Of a stretch of DNA of 64,000 nucleotides, positions 46,275-55,482 are shown piece after piece. Below the pieces are notes generated by a model that saw nothing but the letters and a program-made list of their open reading frames with translations, did not search any database and was not told the DNA's origin. Position 1 is the first letter of the stretch. Every line of letters starts with the position of its first letter. This DNA is from Thermotogota bacterium (GTDB lineage Bacteria > Thermotogota > Thermotogae > Petrotogales > Petrotogaceae): positions 119,873 through 183,872 of the forward strand of contig JBNJGY010000001.1 of NCBI GenBank assembly GCA_051748045.1, written 5' to 3'. The translations under genes were made by a program, and so were the position numbers.

Positions 46275-48242
46275 TTACACAATAATTTCTTTCATAATAT
46301 CTGCTAGTTCTATAAAATCGTCTTTTAATGAGGCTCCTCCAACTAATCCTCCGTCTATATCAGGCTTTGTGAATAAACCAAAAATATTAGTTGGTTTCAC
46401 TGAACCACCATAAAGAATTGAGGTTGAATTAGCTATATCTCTATCATAAATAGAACCAATTAAATCTCTTATTGAGCTATGTGTTTCTTGAGCTTGTTTT
46501 GGAGTTGCAACTTTTCCAGTACCAATAGCCCAAACTGGTTCATAAGCGATTACAACATCTGACATATCTTCTTTTGTAACCCCTTTTAAACCTTTTTTAA
46601 TCTGTCTTTCAACAACATTGAAAGTTAGATCGTCTTCTCTTTCTTCCAATAACTCTCCAACACATAAAATAACTTTCAAATCTTCTGATAGTGCTTTTTT
46701 AACTTTTTTATTTATTTCTTCATCAGTTTCTTTAAAGATATTTCTTCTTTCTGAGTGACCTAAAATTACATATTCTGTATTAATATCCTTCAGCATCTTC
46801 GCTGATATTTCTCCTGTATATGCTCCAGAGTCTTCAAAATGCATATTTTCAGCAGAAACTTTTATTTTTGAACTCTTTGTTATATCAGCTACTCTATCCA
46901 AAGCTGTGAAAGGTACTCCTAAAATAACTTCAAATTTATTTTCATTTCCAATTTGTCCTATTAATTTATTTACAAAAGAAGATGCTTCTGTATTAGTTTT
47001 ATTCATCTTCCAATTTCCAGCGAGAATAAAGTTCCTCTCACCTAGTTTTTTTTTATTTGCAATAGATTTAATTCCTGGTAATTCGTTTCCCTCTAAATAT
47101 TCTAGGGAGGCGCCTCCGCCTGTAGAAACATGTGAGAATTTTTTAGCCAATCCAAATTTTTCAGCAGCAGCTGCAGAATCTCCACCACCAATGATGCTTG
47201 TAGCCCCCTCATCAGTTAAATTTGCGATTATTTGTGCAACTTCTTTGGTTCCTTGAGCAAAGTCTTCAATTTCAAATACACCCATTGGTCCATTCCATAC
47301 TATAGTTTTCATATCTGATAGTTCATTTTTAAACAATTCTAATGATCTAGGACCAATATCCAATCCCATCCATCCTTCTTCAATTCCATCTTCAATTGAT
47401 ACTGTTTTCTTTTCTACACCAGCTTCTAATTTTTTGGCAACTATGGCATCTGTAGGTAGAATTATTTCAACATTTTTTTCTTTTGCTTCTTTTATCAATT
47501 CTTTTGCTAAATCTATTTTATCTTCTTCAAACTTTGATGAACCAATTTCTTTGTCTAGAGCTTTTAAGAATGTAAACATCATAGCTCCACCAATAAATAT
47601 TTTATTTGCTTCATCCATTAAATTTCTTATAACTCCTATTTTATCTGAAACTTTTGCTCCTCCTAAAATTACAGCATAAGGTTTTTCTGGATTTTCTGTA
47701 ACTCCTCCAATGAACTTTATCTCTTTTTCCATTAGAAATCCAGCAACAGACGGAATAATAGAAGCTATTCCAACGTTAGAAGCGTGAGCTCTGTGTGCAG
47801 TCCCAAAAGCATCGTTTACATGAACATCTGCTAAAGAAGCCCAGTATTTTGAAAGTTCATCATCGTTTTTCTTTTCACCTTTTTCAAATCTTGTGTTTTC
47901 CAAAACTAATATTTCGCCAGAATTTAAAGATTCTACAGCTCTATCAACCTTTTCACCTTTTGTTTCATCAATGAAATTTACTTTGTTATCTATTAATTCG
48001 TTTAATCTATCTGAAACTGGTTTTAAAGAAAATTCTGGGTTTTTTTCTCCTTTGGGCCTTCCTAAATGAGAAAGAAGTATAACTTTTGCGCCTTTTTCTA
48101 ATACATAATTTATTGAAGGGATAGCTGCTTTTATTCTTGTTTCATCTGTTATTTTACCTTCTTTGATAGGAACATTGAAATCTACTCTCATTATAACTTT
48201 TTTATCTTTTAATTTTATATCCTTGATTGTCATTTTACTCAT
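46275..48242 (-). CDS. pgk/tpiA: Bifunctional phosphoglycerate kinase / triosephosphate isomerase fusion
   Basis: The N-terminal ~397 aa are PGK (RVDFNVP; LSHLGRP; GGGDS). The C-terminal ~250 aa are TPI (AGNWKMN; GHSERR; [10 protein letters not shown]). ATG 48242 has a GGGGGTGA SD, and the 17 extra codons in the ORF track cover the gap terminator hairpin. Confidence 0.92.
   Translation of the reverse strand: MSKMTIKDIKLKDKKVIMRVDFNVPIKEGKITDETRIKAAIPSINYVLEKGAKVILLSHLGRPKGEKNPEFSLKPVSDRLNELIDNKVNFIDETKGEKVDRAVESLNSGEILVLENTRFEKGEKKNDDELSKYWASLADVHVNDAFGTAHRAHASNVGIASIIPSVAGFLMEKEIKFIGGVTENPEKPYAVILGGAKVSDKIGVIRNLMDEANKIFIGGAMMFTFLKALDKEIGSSKFEEDKIDLAKELIKEAKEKNVEIILPTDAIVAKKLEAGVEKKTVSIEDGIEEGWMGLDIGPRSLELFKNELSDMKTIVWNGPMGVFEIEDFAQGTKEVAQIIANLTDEGATSIIGGGDSAAAAEKFGLAKKFSHVSTGGGASLEYLEGNELPGIKSIANKKKLGERNFILAGNWKMNKTNTEASSFVNKLIGQIGNENKFEVILGVPFTALDRVADITKSSKIKVSAENMHFEDSGAYTGEISAKMLKDINTEYVILGHSERRNIFKETDEEINKKVKKALSEDLKVILCVGELLEEREDDLTFNVVERQIKKGLKGVTKEDMSDVVIAYEPVWAIGTGKVATPKQAQETHSSIRDLIGSIYDRDIANSTSILYGGSVKPTNIFGLFTKPDIDGGLVGGASLKDDFIELADIMKEIIV
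47046..47054 (-). other. A9 homopolymer (AAA AAA AAA) at the PGK-TPI joint; candidate slippage/frameshift site
   Basis: T9 on the plus strand. A hand translation of both shifted frames gives a stop within 0-2 codons (TAG or TGA). Confidence 0.5.
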
Positions 48243-48264
48243 TATTTCACCCCCGGTTTTATTT

Positions 48265-48291
48265 AAAAAAAGGGAGACTGTTAGGTCTCCC
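48265..48291 (-). terminator. Intrinsic terminator/attenuator between gap and pgk/tpi
   Basis: Minus strand reads GGGAGAC-CTAACA-GTCTCCC followed by T7, located 16 nt after the gap stop and upstream of the pgk SD. Confidence 0.75.
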
Positions 48292-48307
48292 ATGTATTTA
48301 CTTTTTA

Positions 48308-49318
48308 TTATTTAATTAATGATGCTAAATGTTTTACTAGTCTAACTAATTGAGTTGTATAACTCATTTCATTGTCATACCAAGAAACTATTTTTACTAA
48401 TTGTTTTCCATCAACTGTCATAACATTTGTCATTAGTGAATCAAATAAAGAACCATTTGAACATCCAATAACATCACTTGAAACTATAGGATCTTCTGTA
48501 TAACCTAGTGTATCTTTTAATTCACCTTCTGATGCTTTTTTCATTGCATTATTGATATCTTCTACAGTTACATCTTTTTCTAGTTCTACTACTAAATCTA
48601 CAACTGAGCCAGTTACTGTTGGAACTCTCATTGCAATACCGTCTAACTTTCCGTTTAATTCAGGTAATACTTTTCCTACTGCAACTGCAGCACCTGTTGT
48701 TGTCGGAGAAATATTTTGAGAAGCTGCTCTTGCTCTTCTGAAATCTTTGTGAACTCCATCAACAGTATTTTGATCAGCGGTAAATGCATGAATGGTAGTC
48801 ATAAAACCTTTTACCAAACCAAAATTATCATTTAAAACTTTTGCAACAGGAGCTAAACAATTTGTAGTACAAGATGCTCCATCAATAATATCTTCTTCGC
48901 CTGATAAAATATTATGATTAACATTATATACTATACTAGGAATATCTCCTTTTCCTGGTGCTGAAATAACTACTTTTTTTGCTCCAGCATCTAGATGCAT
49001 TGCAGCTTTTTCTTTTGTTCTGAATACACCAGTACATTCTAAAACTACGTCAACATCTAACTCACTCCAAGGTAGACTTTTAGGATCTTTTTCAGCAATA
49101 ACCTTTACATCTTTTCCATTTACACTGAAAGCTCCTTCTTTCACTTCTACAGTTCCATTGAATCTTCCATGTGGTGTATCATATTTCAAAAGATGAGCTA
49201 AAGCTTTTGAATCAGATAAATCATTAATAGCAACAATATCAAATTCAGGATTGTCAAACATAAGTCTGAATGCCAATCTCCCAATTCTTCCAAATCCGTT
49301 AATAGCAACTTTTACCAT
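48308..49318 (-). CDS. gap: Glyceraldehyde-3-phosphate dehydrogenase
   Basis: N-terminal INGFGRIGR and the active site [10 protein letters not shown]. Confidence 0.95.
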   Translation of the reverse strand: MVKVAINGFGRIGRLAFRLMFDNPEFDIVAINDLSDSKALAHLLKYDTPHGRFNGTVEVKEGAFSVNGKDVKVIAEKDPKSLPWSELDVDVVLECTGVFRTKEKAAMHLDAGAKKVVISAPGKGDIPSIVYNVNHNILSGEEDIIDGASCTTNCLAPVAKVLNDNFGLVKGFMTTIHAFTADQNTVDGVHKDFRRARAASQNISPTTTGAAVAVGKVLPELNGKLDGIAMRVPTVTGSVVDLVVELEKDVTVEDINNAMKKASEGELKDTLGYTEDPIVSSDVIGCSNGSLFDSLMTNVMTVDGKQLVKIVSWYDNEMSYTTQLVRLVKHLASLIK

Positions 49319-49384
49319 TTGTGCACCTCCTAAAGATGTATGAGCAATTGTTATTTTTTTCTCTAACTATATTATATCTCTAAA

Positions 49385-49413
49385 ATTATAAGTTAATGCA
49401 AAATGAACGTTAA
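49385..49413 (-). promoter_or_regulatory. Candidate promoter of the gap-pgk/tpi operon (TTAACG-N17-TATAAT)
   Basis: The minus strand has TATAAT at 49390-49385. A second candidate, TTGCAT-N19-TATAAT (49401-49371), overlaps it. Confidence 0.4.
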
Positions 49414-49418
49414 AGTTT

Positions 49419-49814
49419 TTATAAGCCTAAGCCCATTCCTTCAAAGCCACCCAAATATTTTTGAGAGATTTTTTCACTTTCTTCTTCTTTATATGTCTTT
49501 GCATTCTCAAGAGCTTCATTGGTCGCAGCAATGATCATATCTTTTATTATGTCCATATCTTCGTCTTCTAATTCATCAGAAATTTGAACATCTTTTACTC
49601 TTAGATCACCACTAACAACTACTTTTACAACTCCACCACCAGAAGTTGCTTCTATTTCTTTATTTACTAAACCTGCTTCCATTTCTTCCATTTCTTTTTC
49701 CATTGATTGTTGTGCTTGTTGTGCTTGTTGTAATAATTTATTCATATTCCCAGATTTTTTAGGCGCACTCTTTTTAAAAGATCTGCCACCCATACTTTTT
49801 ATTTTTTTACCCAT
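49419..49814 (-). CDS. Nucleoid-associated protein YbaB/EbfC family
   Basis: 131 aa with LLQQAQQAQQ.MEK...E......EIEATSGGGVVKVVVSGDL.V..V.I, typical of YbaB. AAAGGAGGA SD lies upstream. Confidence 0.8.
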   Translation of the reverse strand: MGKKIKSMGGRSFKKSAPKKSGNMNKLLQQAQQAQQSMEKEMEEMEAGLVNKEIEATSGGGVVKVVVSGDLRVKDVQISDELEDEDMDIIKDMIIAATNEALENAKTYKEEESEKISQKYLGGFEGMGLGL

Positions 49815-50000
49815 TAAAAGTTCCTCCTTTCTTTTCGTTATAATTATATCATTTTTTTGATTATTCCCAAATAATTATAATTAAAATTAAATATAACAAA
49901 TAATTACATATATATGATATTATGTTTAATTTATTAAATAAATGTTAATTTTATCATACTTAAAATATATAGTATAATTTAAAATGAGAGGAGGGATTAT

Positions 50001-50846
50001 ATGTTTTCATATAGATCACTAAAAGATGTTTCCCAGGTAGAAATAATTAGATTAGTTAATGATGTCTTCAAAGATTATATAGTTCCAATTGATTGGAATT
50101 TAAAAACCTTTGAAAAAGATGTCAGAGAATATTCTATATCTTTAGAAGATTCTTTCATATGTTACGATGATGGTTCACCTATAGGTTTTTCTATAGTTTC
50201 TCATAGAGGTGAACTAGGTAGAATTGATTCAATTGGAGTACTCCCTCAATATAGAGGAAAAGGTATAGCCTCTGAAATTATTTACAGAACTCTAGAAACA
50301 CTAAAATGGAAAGGTGTCAAAAAAATAATTTTAGAAGTTGAGAAAAATGAAGAAAGAGCTATAAATTTTTATAAAAAGCATGGGTTTAAAGAAAAAAGGG
50401 ATCTTGTATCATTTAATTTAAAAACAGCAATTAATGAAGAACCAAATTATAAGTATTCTGAAGAAGATAATAAATGGCTGAAAGAAAATTCCTTTAAAGC
50501 AAAAACTAACTTAAAAAGAAAACCAAATTGGCAAAGACATCCACAAACTTTAGAAAAAAGTGAAGATAGATATATAATAGAGAAAGTTATGGAATGGGGA
50601 TATACAATAGGTTATGTTGTATGGGGAGAAAACAAAGATAATTGTTTTATTGTCGACGCTTCACCTATAAATGATACAACCCCCTACAAATTATTTCTTG
50701 AAGATGTAATAAAAAGAGTTACTAAAAATCATGATTCAATATCTGTTGTTGGAGTACCAGAAAACGATCCAATGTATAAAGCACTTTTGGATAATGGATT
50801 TAAAGACTTTTTAACTCAAACAGAAATGGAAAAGAAAATACATTAA
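50001..50846 (+). CDS. GNAT-family N-acetyltransferase (two-domain)
   Basis: Acetyl-CoA motif IGVLPQYRGKGIASEII and a ..FYKKHGF tail in the N-terminal half. The C-terminal half is a second, degenerate domain. Confidence 0.7.
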   Translation: MFSYRSLKDVSQVEIIRLVNDVFKDYIVPIDWNLKTFEKDVREYSISLEDSFICYDDGSPIGFSIVSHRGELGRIDSIGVLPQYRGKGIASEIIYRTLETLKWKGVKKIILEVEKNEERAINFYKKHGFKEKRDLVSFNLKTAINEEPNYKYSEEDNKWLKENSFKAKTNLKRKPNWQRHPQTLEKSEDRYIIEKVMEWGYTIGYVVWGENKDNCFIVDASPINDTTPYKLFLEDVIKRVTKNHDSISVVGVPENDPMYKALLDNGFKDFLTQTEMEKKIH

Positions 50847-50848
50847 AT

Positions 50849-50886
50849 AAATGACCTGATATTAAATCAGGTCATTTATTTTTTAT
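50849..50886 (+). terminator. Intrinsic terminator after the GNAT gene
   Basis: AAATGACCTGAT-ATTAA-ATCAGGTCATTT followed by ATTTTTTATT. It overlaps the 3' end of the convergent radical-SAM gene. Confidence 0.6.
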
Positions 50887-52506
50887 TATTTTATATATAT
50901 TTTCCAATTGTTTTTTATTAAGAAAATCTATTTTTTTATTGAAAACTATCTTATCAGCAGTTTTTTTAGATATTCCTTTTATCATTGATAGCTGTCTTCT
51001 ATTTAATTTTTTTATTTGAACAGGATCTTCTAAAACAGTTAACGATCTTGAGCCATGATCAACAACTACTCCATCAAACTTTGTTAATTTTTCTCTTTGT
51101 TCTGGTGAACCACAAATAACTGAATAAGTTCCTAACTGCCTTGAAAATGTCATATTATTTTCATTTTTTTCTACAATTAACTCTTTTAATATTGTACCTA
51201 ACGGAAATACTCTTTCTAGCATTTTATTGTCATATTCTTTCATAAATTCTTTAAATTTTAAAAATTCTTTCTTATTTACTTTATGCTTTTCTTCTGTTTT
51301 AGATAAAAATGTTTCAGGAAATATCATAACTTGCCTTACGTTAATTCGTCTTAGCATATTATTTCCTTTATAAATTTTTTCTAAAAAGCTTTTATTAATT
51401 TGATAAGTATCATTTGTCTCGCCTATTAAGCCATAAAGCAAATTAATACCAGGTAATAATTTTGGTATTCCATTTTTATCTCTTCCTCCCCCTATTTTAT
51501 TAACCAGTTCAATTGCTTTTAAAAATATATCTTGATTTCCAGATATTCTATTTTTTTTCAACACATTTTCATCAAAACTCTCAATTCCAAATGAAAGAAT
51601 ATCTCCGGGTGTATTATATTTAGCTATTGTTTCTAAAATTATTTTCGATTCTTTATAATTATCTACAATAAATTTTGGATTAGCATTATCTGTGTGTATT
51701 AAATCAAATTTATTGTGAATTTCTTTATATAGCTCTTTGAAAATTTCTGTATTTATTTTCTTGTTGTTAAAAGTTATTCCATATGCTAAAAAATTAGAAC
51801 TGCGTCCAAAACGTATATTTTTAGCTCCATTTTTTGATAATGCTGTTAATTCGTTTAACACGTTTTTAATTGTTCTTTCTTTATAAACCCCATAGATAAT
51901 TGGTTCAGTACAAAAACTACAAAATCCTTCTTGTCTATCACAACCTCTAGAAAGTTCTATTTCAACTATTACATCTGGATATCTTGGATGTTGTTTTACT
52001 ATCGCTGATCCAAGTGGAGCAACTTTGTCAATTATTTCATATTTTTCTCTTTCGTATAAATTCCAGTTATTGCTTATAGGATATTTTATTAAAAAGTTTT
52101 CTAAAGCTCCTTCTATTATAAAATCATAATTTTTTCCTAATAATTTTTTTATTACACCAGCTTTTTTCCCCCCAGTTAATGTATAACCTTTAGTTATTGG
52201 ACCTCCTAAAATTCTTAAAGGAGAAGGATTTATTGTAAATATTTTTTTTATTTCTTCAATATTTATAGGTTTTCCTCCAAGATAATGTCCAGGCACTGTA
52301 GTTCCTGCAATAATTATAGTATAATCAAAATGATCAAAGGATTGCCATAAATCTTTTTCTCTTATTTGATCAATGGTATAATATTTTACTTCTATTCCAT
52401 GATACATTAGAGCTCCTGCAGAATATCTAACATGAGGAGAAATATAAGGAGGAACTCCTAATGATGCTGGTTCATCTAAATAACCATCAATTATAACTGC
52501 TTTCAT
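50872..52506 (-). CDS. Radical-SAM-like protein with variant Cys motif and C-terminal HhH
   Basis: ELSRGC-DRQEGF-CSFC cluster region (CX6CX2C), an N-terminal Rossmann-like domain and a C-terminal helix-hairpin-helix-like segment (IKGISKKTADKI). ATG 52506 has a GGAGG SD 8 nt upstream. Confidence 0.7.
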   Translation of the reverse strand: MKAVIIDGYLDEPASLGVPPYISPHVRYSAGALMYHGIEVKYYTIDQIREKDLWQSFDHFDYTIIIAGTTVPGHYLGGKPINIEEIKKIFTINPSPLRILGGPITKGYTLTGGKKAGVIKKLLGKNYDFIIEGALENFLIKYPISNNWNLYEREKYEIIDKVAPLGSAIVKQHPRYPDVIVEIELSRGCDRQEGFCSFCTEPIIYGVYKERTIKNVLNELTALSKNGAKNIRFGRSSNFLAYGITFNNKKINTEIFKELYKEIHNKFDLIHTDNANPKFIVDNYKESKIILETIAKYNTPGDILSFGIESFDENVLKKNRISGNQDIFLKAIELVNKIGGGRDKNGIPKLLPGINLLYGLIGETNDTYQINKSFLEKIYKGNNMLRRINVRQVMIFPETFLSKTEEKHKVNKKEFLKFKEFMKEYDNKMLERVFPLGTILKELIVEKNENNMTFSRQLGTYSVICGSPEQREKLTKFDGVVVDHGSRSLTVLEDPVQIKKLNRRQLSMIKGISKKTADKIVFNKKIDFLNKKQLENIYKIIKNK

Positions 52507-52538
52507 TTTTAAACCTCCAATTGAAAGGGGATGAAAAT

Positions 52539-53417
52539 ATGTATTCAAATTTTGGCGAAATTATTGATTTATCTATAAAATCAAAAAAAGAATTATATGA
52601 AATTATATTAGAATGGGAAATGTTAGAAAATGGACAAGATCAAGATGATTTAGTATCATTTACTGAAAAAATCTTTGAAGAAATGCTGGATTCATATAAA
52701 GCAAAGCTTGATAATGATGAACTTAGTTTAACTGGATGGAGTGGGTTCAACACAAAAAAATATAAAGATCATAAAGATAGTGGTAAAAGTATTATGAATA
52801 AGTTATTCTCAAAATCATTATTAGCTGCACTTTCTACTTCAGAAAATAATGCTAATATGGGAAAAATTGTAGCTTGTCCAACTGCTGGATCAGCTGGTGT
52901 GGTACCCGGTGTATTAATTTCTTTATATGAAGAAAAAAATATTCCTAAAGAAAAAATTGTACAATCTTTGGTTATCGCTGGAGCCATTGGAGAATTTATA
53001 AGTAAAAAATCAACTTTATCTGGTGCAGCGGGTGGTTGTCAAGCTGAGATAGGTAGTGCTTGTAGTATGGCAGCTGGAGCTGCAGTTAATGCTCTAGGAG
53101 GATCTGCAAAACAAGTTGAAAATGCTTCTGCCTTGGCTCTCAAATTTTTAATGGGGTTAGTTTGCGACCCGGTTGGTGGATTTGTTGAAGTTCCTTGTAT
53201 AAAAAGAAATCCAGCAGCTAGTATTTTAGCGTTAACAGCTGCTGAAATGGCTCTATCTGGCATAGAAAGTGTTATTCCTTTTGATGAGGTTGCTCAAGCA
53301 ATGGCAAAAGTTGGTAGATCTATGAGTGAGGATCTTAGAGAAACTGGAAAAGGCGGAATTGCAGCTTCAAAAACAGCAAAAAAAATACTATCTAGATTCA
53401 CTCAAAGCCAAATCTAG
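52539..53417 (+). CDS. sdaAA: L-serine dehydratase (iron-sulfur dependent), alpha subunit
   Basis: ACPTAGSAGVVPG, GGCQAEIGSA and VPCIKRN motifs are typical of the SdaAA chain. ATG 52539 is preceded by AAAGGGGA. Confidence 0.85.
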   Translation: MYSNFGEIIDLSIKSKKELYEIILEWEMLENGQDQDDLVSFTEKIFEEMLDSYKAKLDNDELSLTGWSGFNTKKYKDHKDSGKSIMNKLFSKSLLAALSTSENNANMGKIVACPTAGSAGVVPGVLISLYEEKNIPKEKIVQSLVIAGAIGEFISKKSTLSGAAGGCQAEIGSACSMAAGAAVNALGGSAKQVENASALALKFLMGLVCDPVGGFVEVPCIKRNPAASILALTAAEMALSGIESVIPFDEVAQAMAKVGRSMSEDLRETGKGGIAASKTAKKILSRFTQSQI

Positions 53418-55088
53418 GAATTCTCTTGCAATAGGTACAGCAACAGAAGAGCCAAATCCTCCATTTTCAATAAACACAACAATAGAATATTTTCTTTCTA
53501 ATTCTGGAGTATACCCAGCAAACCACGCATGTGGTCTTTTACCCCCAGAAACTTGGGCTGTACCTGTTTTACCTGCTACTACATAATTTGCGTCTTTAAA
53601 TCCATCATAAGCGGTTCCTCCATTTTTTGAGTCTCCAGGAAATGAAGTAACTTGTATTAATCCTTCTAATATATATGAAAGATATTTTTCGTCTAAATCA
53701 TAATTATTAGATAATTCTTTTCTATATTGATCAATTTTTTCATTAAAAATATTTTCTGTTTTATTATATATATGGAATTTATAATAATTTCCATTTTCAG
53801 ATAATATGTTATAATATCTTAAAATCTGTAAAGGGGTCATCTGTATATAACTTTGACCAATATAAGCTTGAATTGTTTCTCCAGGATACCAAGGTTCATC
53901 AAATCTATTTCTTTTCCATTCTTCATCTGGGAAAACACCTTCTGCTTCTCCTGGTAAATCTATTCCTGTTTCTTTTGTTAGAGAAAACTTATTTGCTTGT
54001 TCATCAAGAAAATTAATTCCAATTTCTTCTCCTAGTTTATAGTAATAACTATTTGCAGAAACTCTCAGAGATTTCACAAGATCAACTACACCATGTCCTA
54101 TTAGATTCCAGTCATCAAATGTAGCAATTGAATTACCTGAGGAATTATAAATAGTATATCTACCTGTAGAGTTGACAGTAGCCTCAGGGGAAATGCCATA
54201 TTCCAAAGCAGAATAAGCGATGAATGGTTTCAAAACTGATCCTGGAGCAAATGAATCTGAAATGCTCCTATTTAAAAGAGGGGATTTATTATCATTTAAT
54301 ATTCTTCTAAACTCAAGGTTTGTGAGTCCTCTTGAAAAATCGTTAGGATTAGGCGCAGGATATGAAACCATAGAATAAATCGAACCATCTTCTGGATTAG
54401 AAATTATAACACTTCCAACGTGATTATGTTCTTCCATATAATTATATATCTTTTCTTGCAATTCTATATCAATTGTTAAATATAAATTATTACCTTTGAT
54501 CGAAGGTATATTTTCTATAGAGCTTTCAACATGCCCTGAAGGAGATATAGTTACTATTTTATATCCTTCTTTTCCTTTAAGTGTTTCATTAAACTCTCTT
54601 TCAATACCAGTTCTTGGAACTCCTTCGTTGTCAACGTATCCTAACAAATGATATAATGATTCATGTTTATATTTTCTTATATATCTTTCATTCACTATAA
54701 ACCCGTCTAAAGAATTAATTTTCATAGCTGTAGTGCTTGGAATATTGACTTTTGCTCTTTTGTTAAAATTCAAGTCATCTATTATTTCGTTTATATCTAG
54801 ATTAGAGAATTTAAGATAGTCTTTTAACTCTTTTTCTTTGTCAGGCTCTAATACATCAGTGGTTAAATTTATCTGATATATCTTTTCGTTCCAAGCTAAA
54901 AGAACTCCATTTTTATCATATATATTACCCCTTCTACCGGGTATTTTATAAACTCTTGTACTCATATCTAATACATTTAATCTAAAATCTTTCCAATTCA
55001 ATACCTGTAAATAGAAAGATCTTCCGATTAAAATTGAAAAAGCAGTTAGCATTACAAAGAATAATAAGTTAACTCTATTATCTTTCAT
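53388..55088 (-). CDS. mrdA: Penicillin-binding protein 2 (elongasome transpeptidase)
   Basis: N-terminal TM segment, SxxK (SVLKP), SxN (SANS) and KTG (GKTGTA) motifs. It lies directly downstream of mreBCD. Confidence 0.88.
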   Translation of the reverse strand: MKDNRVNLLFFVMLTAFSILIGRSFYLQVLNWKDFRLNVLDMSTRVYKIPGRRGNIYDKNGVLLAWNEKIYQINLTTDVLEPDKEKELKDYLKFSNLDINEIIDDLNFNKRAKVNIPSTTAMKINSLDGFIVNERYIRKYKHESLYHLLGYVDNEGVPRTGIEREFNETLKGKEGYKIVTISPSGHVESSIENIPSIKGNNLYLTIDIELQEKIYNYMEEHNHVGSVIISNPEDGSIYSMVSYPAPNPNDFSRGLTNLEFRRILNDNKSPLLNRSISDSFAPGSVLKPFIAYSALEYGISPEATVNSTGRYTIYNSSGNSIATFDDWNLIGHGVVDLVKSLRVSANSYYYKLGEEIGINFLDEQANKFSLTKETGIDLPGEAEGVFPDEEWKRNRFDEPWYPGETIQAYIGQSYIQMTPLQILRYYNILSENGNYYKFHIYNKTENIFNEKIDQYRKELSNNYDLDEKYLSYILEGLIQVTSFPGDSKNGGTAYDGFKDANYVVAGKTGTAQVSGGKRPHAWFAGYTPELERKYSIVVFIENGGFGSSVAVPIAREFLDLALSESR

Positions 55089-55482
55089 TAAAAATCATCC
55101 TCATATTTAAATAATAAAGAGAAATGATTAAAATATTAGTCGTTATAAAGCTAAAATAAGAATTTGTTATATAACTGAGAAAAAATGTGTAAGGTAAAGA
55201 GTATAAAATTACACCATAGTAATTATTAGGAAGGTTATTAAAAATTTTTCTAAAGATAATATAGGTTAAATAAAATAATATGGCTGTAAATCCTAAATCA
55301 TATCTGGAAGAAAAGAAAAATAATACATAAATCATAGTAAAAATAAGATCAAATTCTTCATCTTTGAAAAATTTGAGATAAATAGAAAATATTGGAAACA
55401 TAAAAAATATATTATTCCCTAACCAACTATCCCATGAAGATATCAACAAGGAGATAATTGTCATAATTATTAAAACTATCAT
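55078..55482 (-). CDS. mreD: Rod shape-determining protein MreD
   Basis: 134-aa polytopic membrane protein between mreC and mrdA. The call rests mainly on position. Confidence 0.55.
   Translation of the reverse strand: MIVLIIMTIISLLISSWDSWLGNNIFFMFPIFSIYLKFFKDEEFDLIFTMIYVLFFFSSRYDLGFTAILFYLTYIIFRKIFNNLPNNYYGVILYSLPYTFFLSYITNSYFSFITTNILIISLYYLNMRMIFNER

Noticed and set aside
48243-48293. 17-codon N-terminal extension of pgk/tpi in the ORF track ([17 protein letters not shown])
   Set aside because: The extension is the translated gap terminator hairpin and T-run. ATG 48242 has a proper SD (GGGGGTGA) and gives the conserved PGK N-terminus (MSKMTIKDI...).
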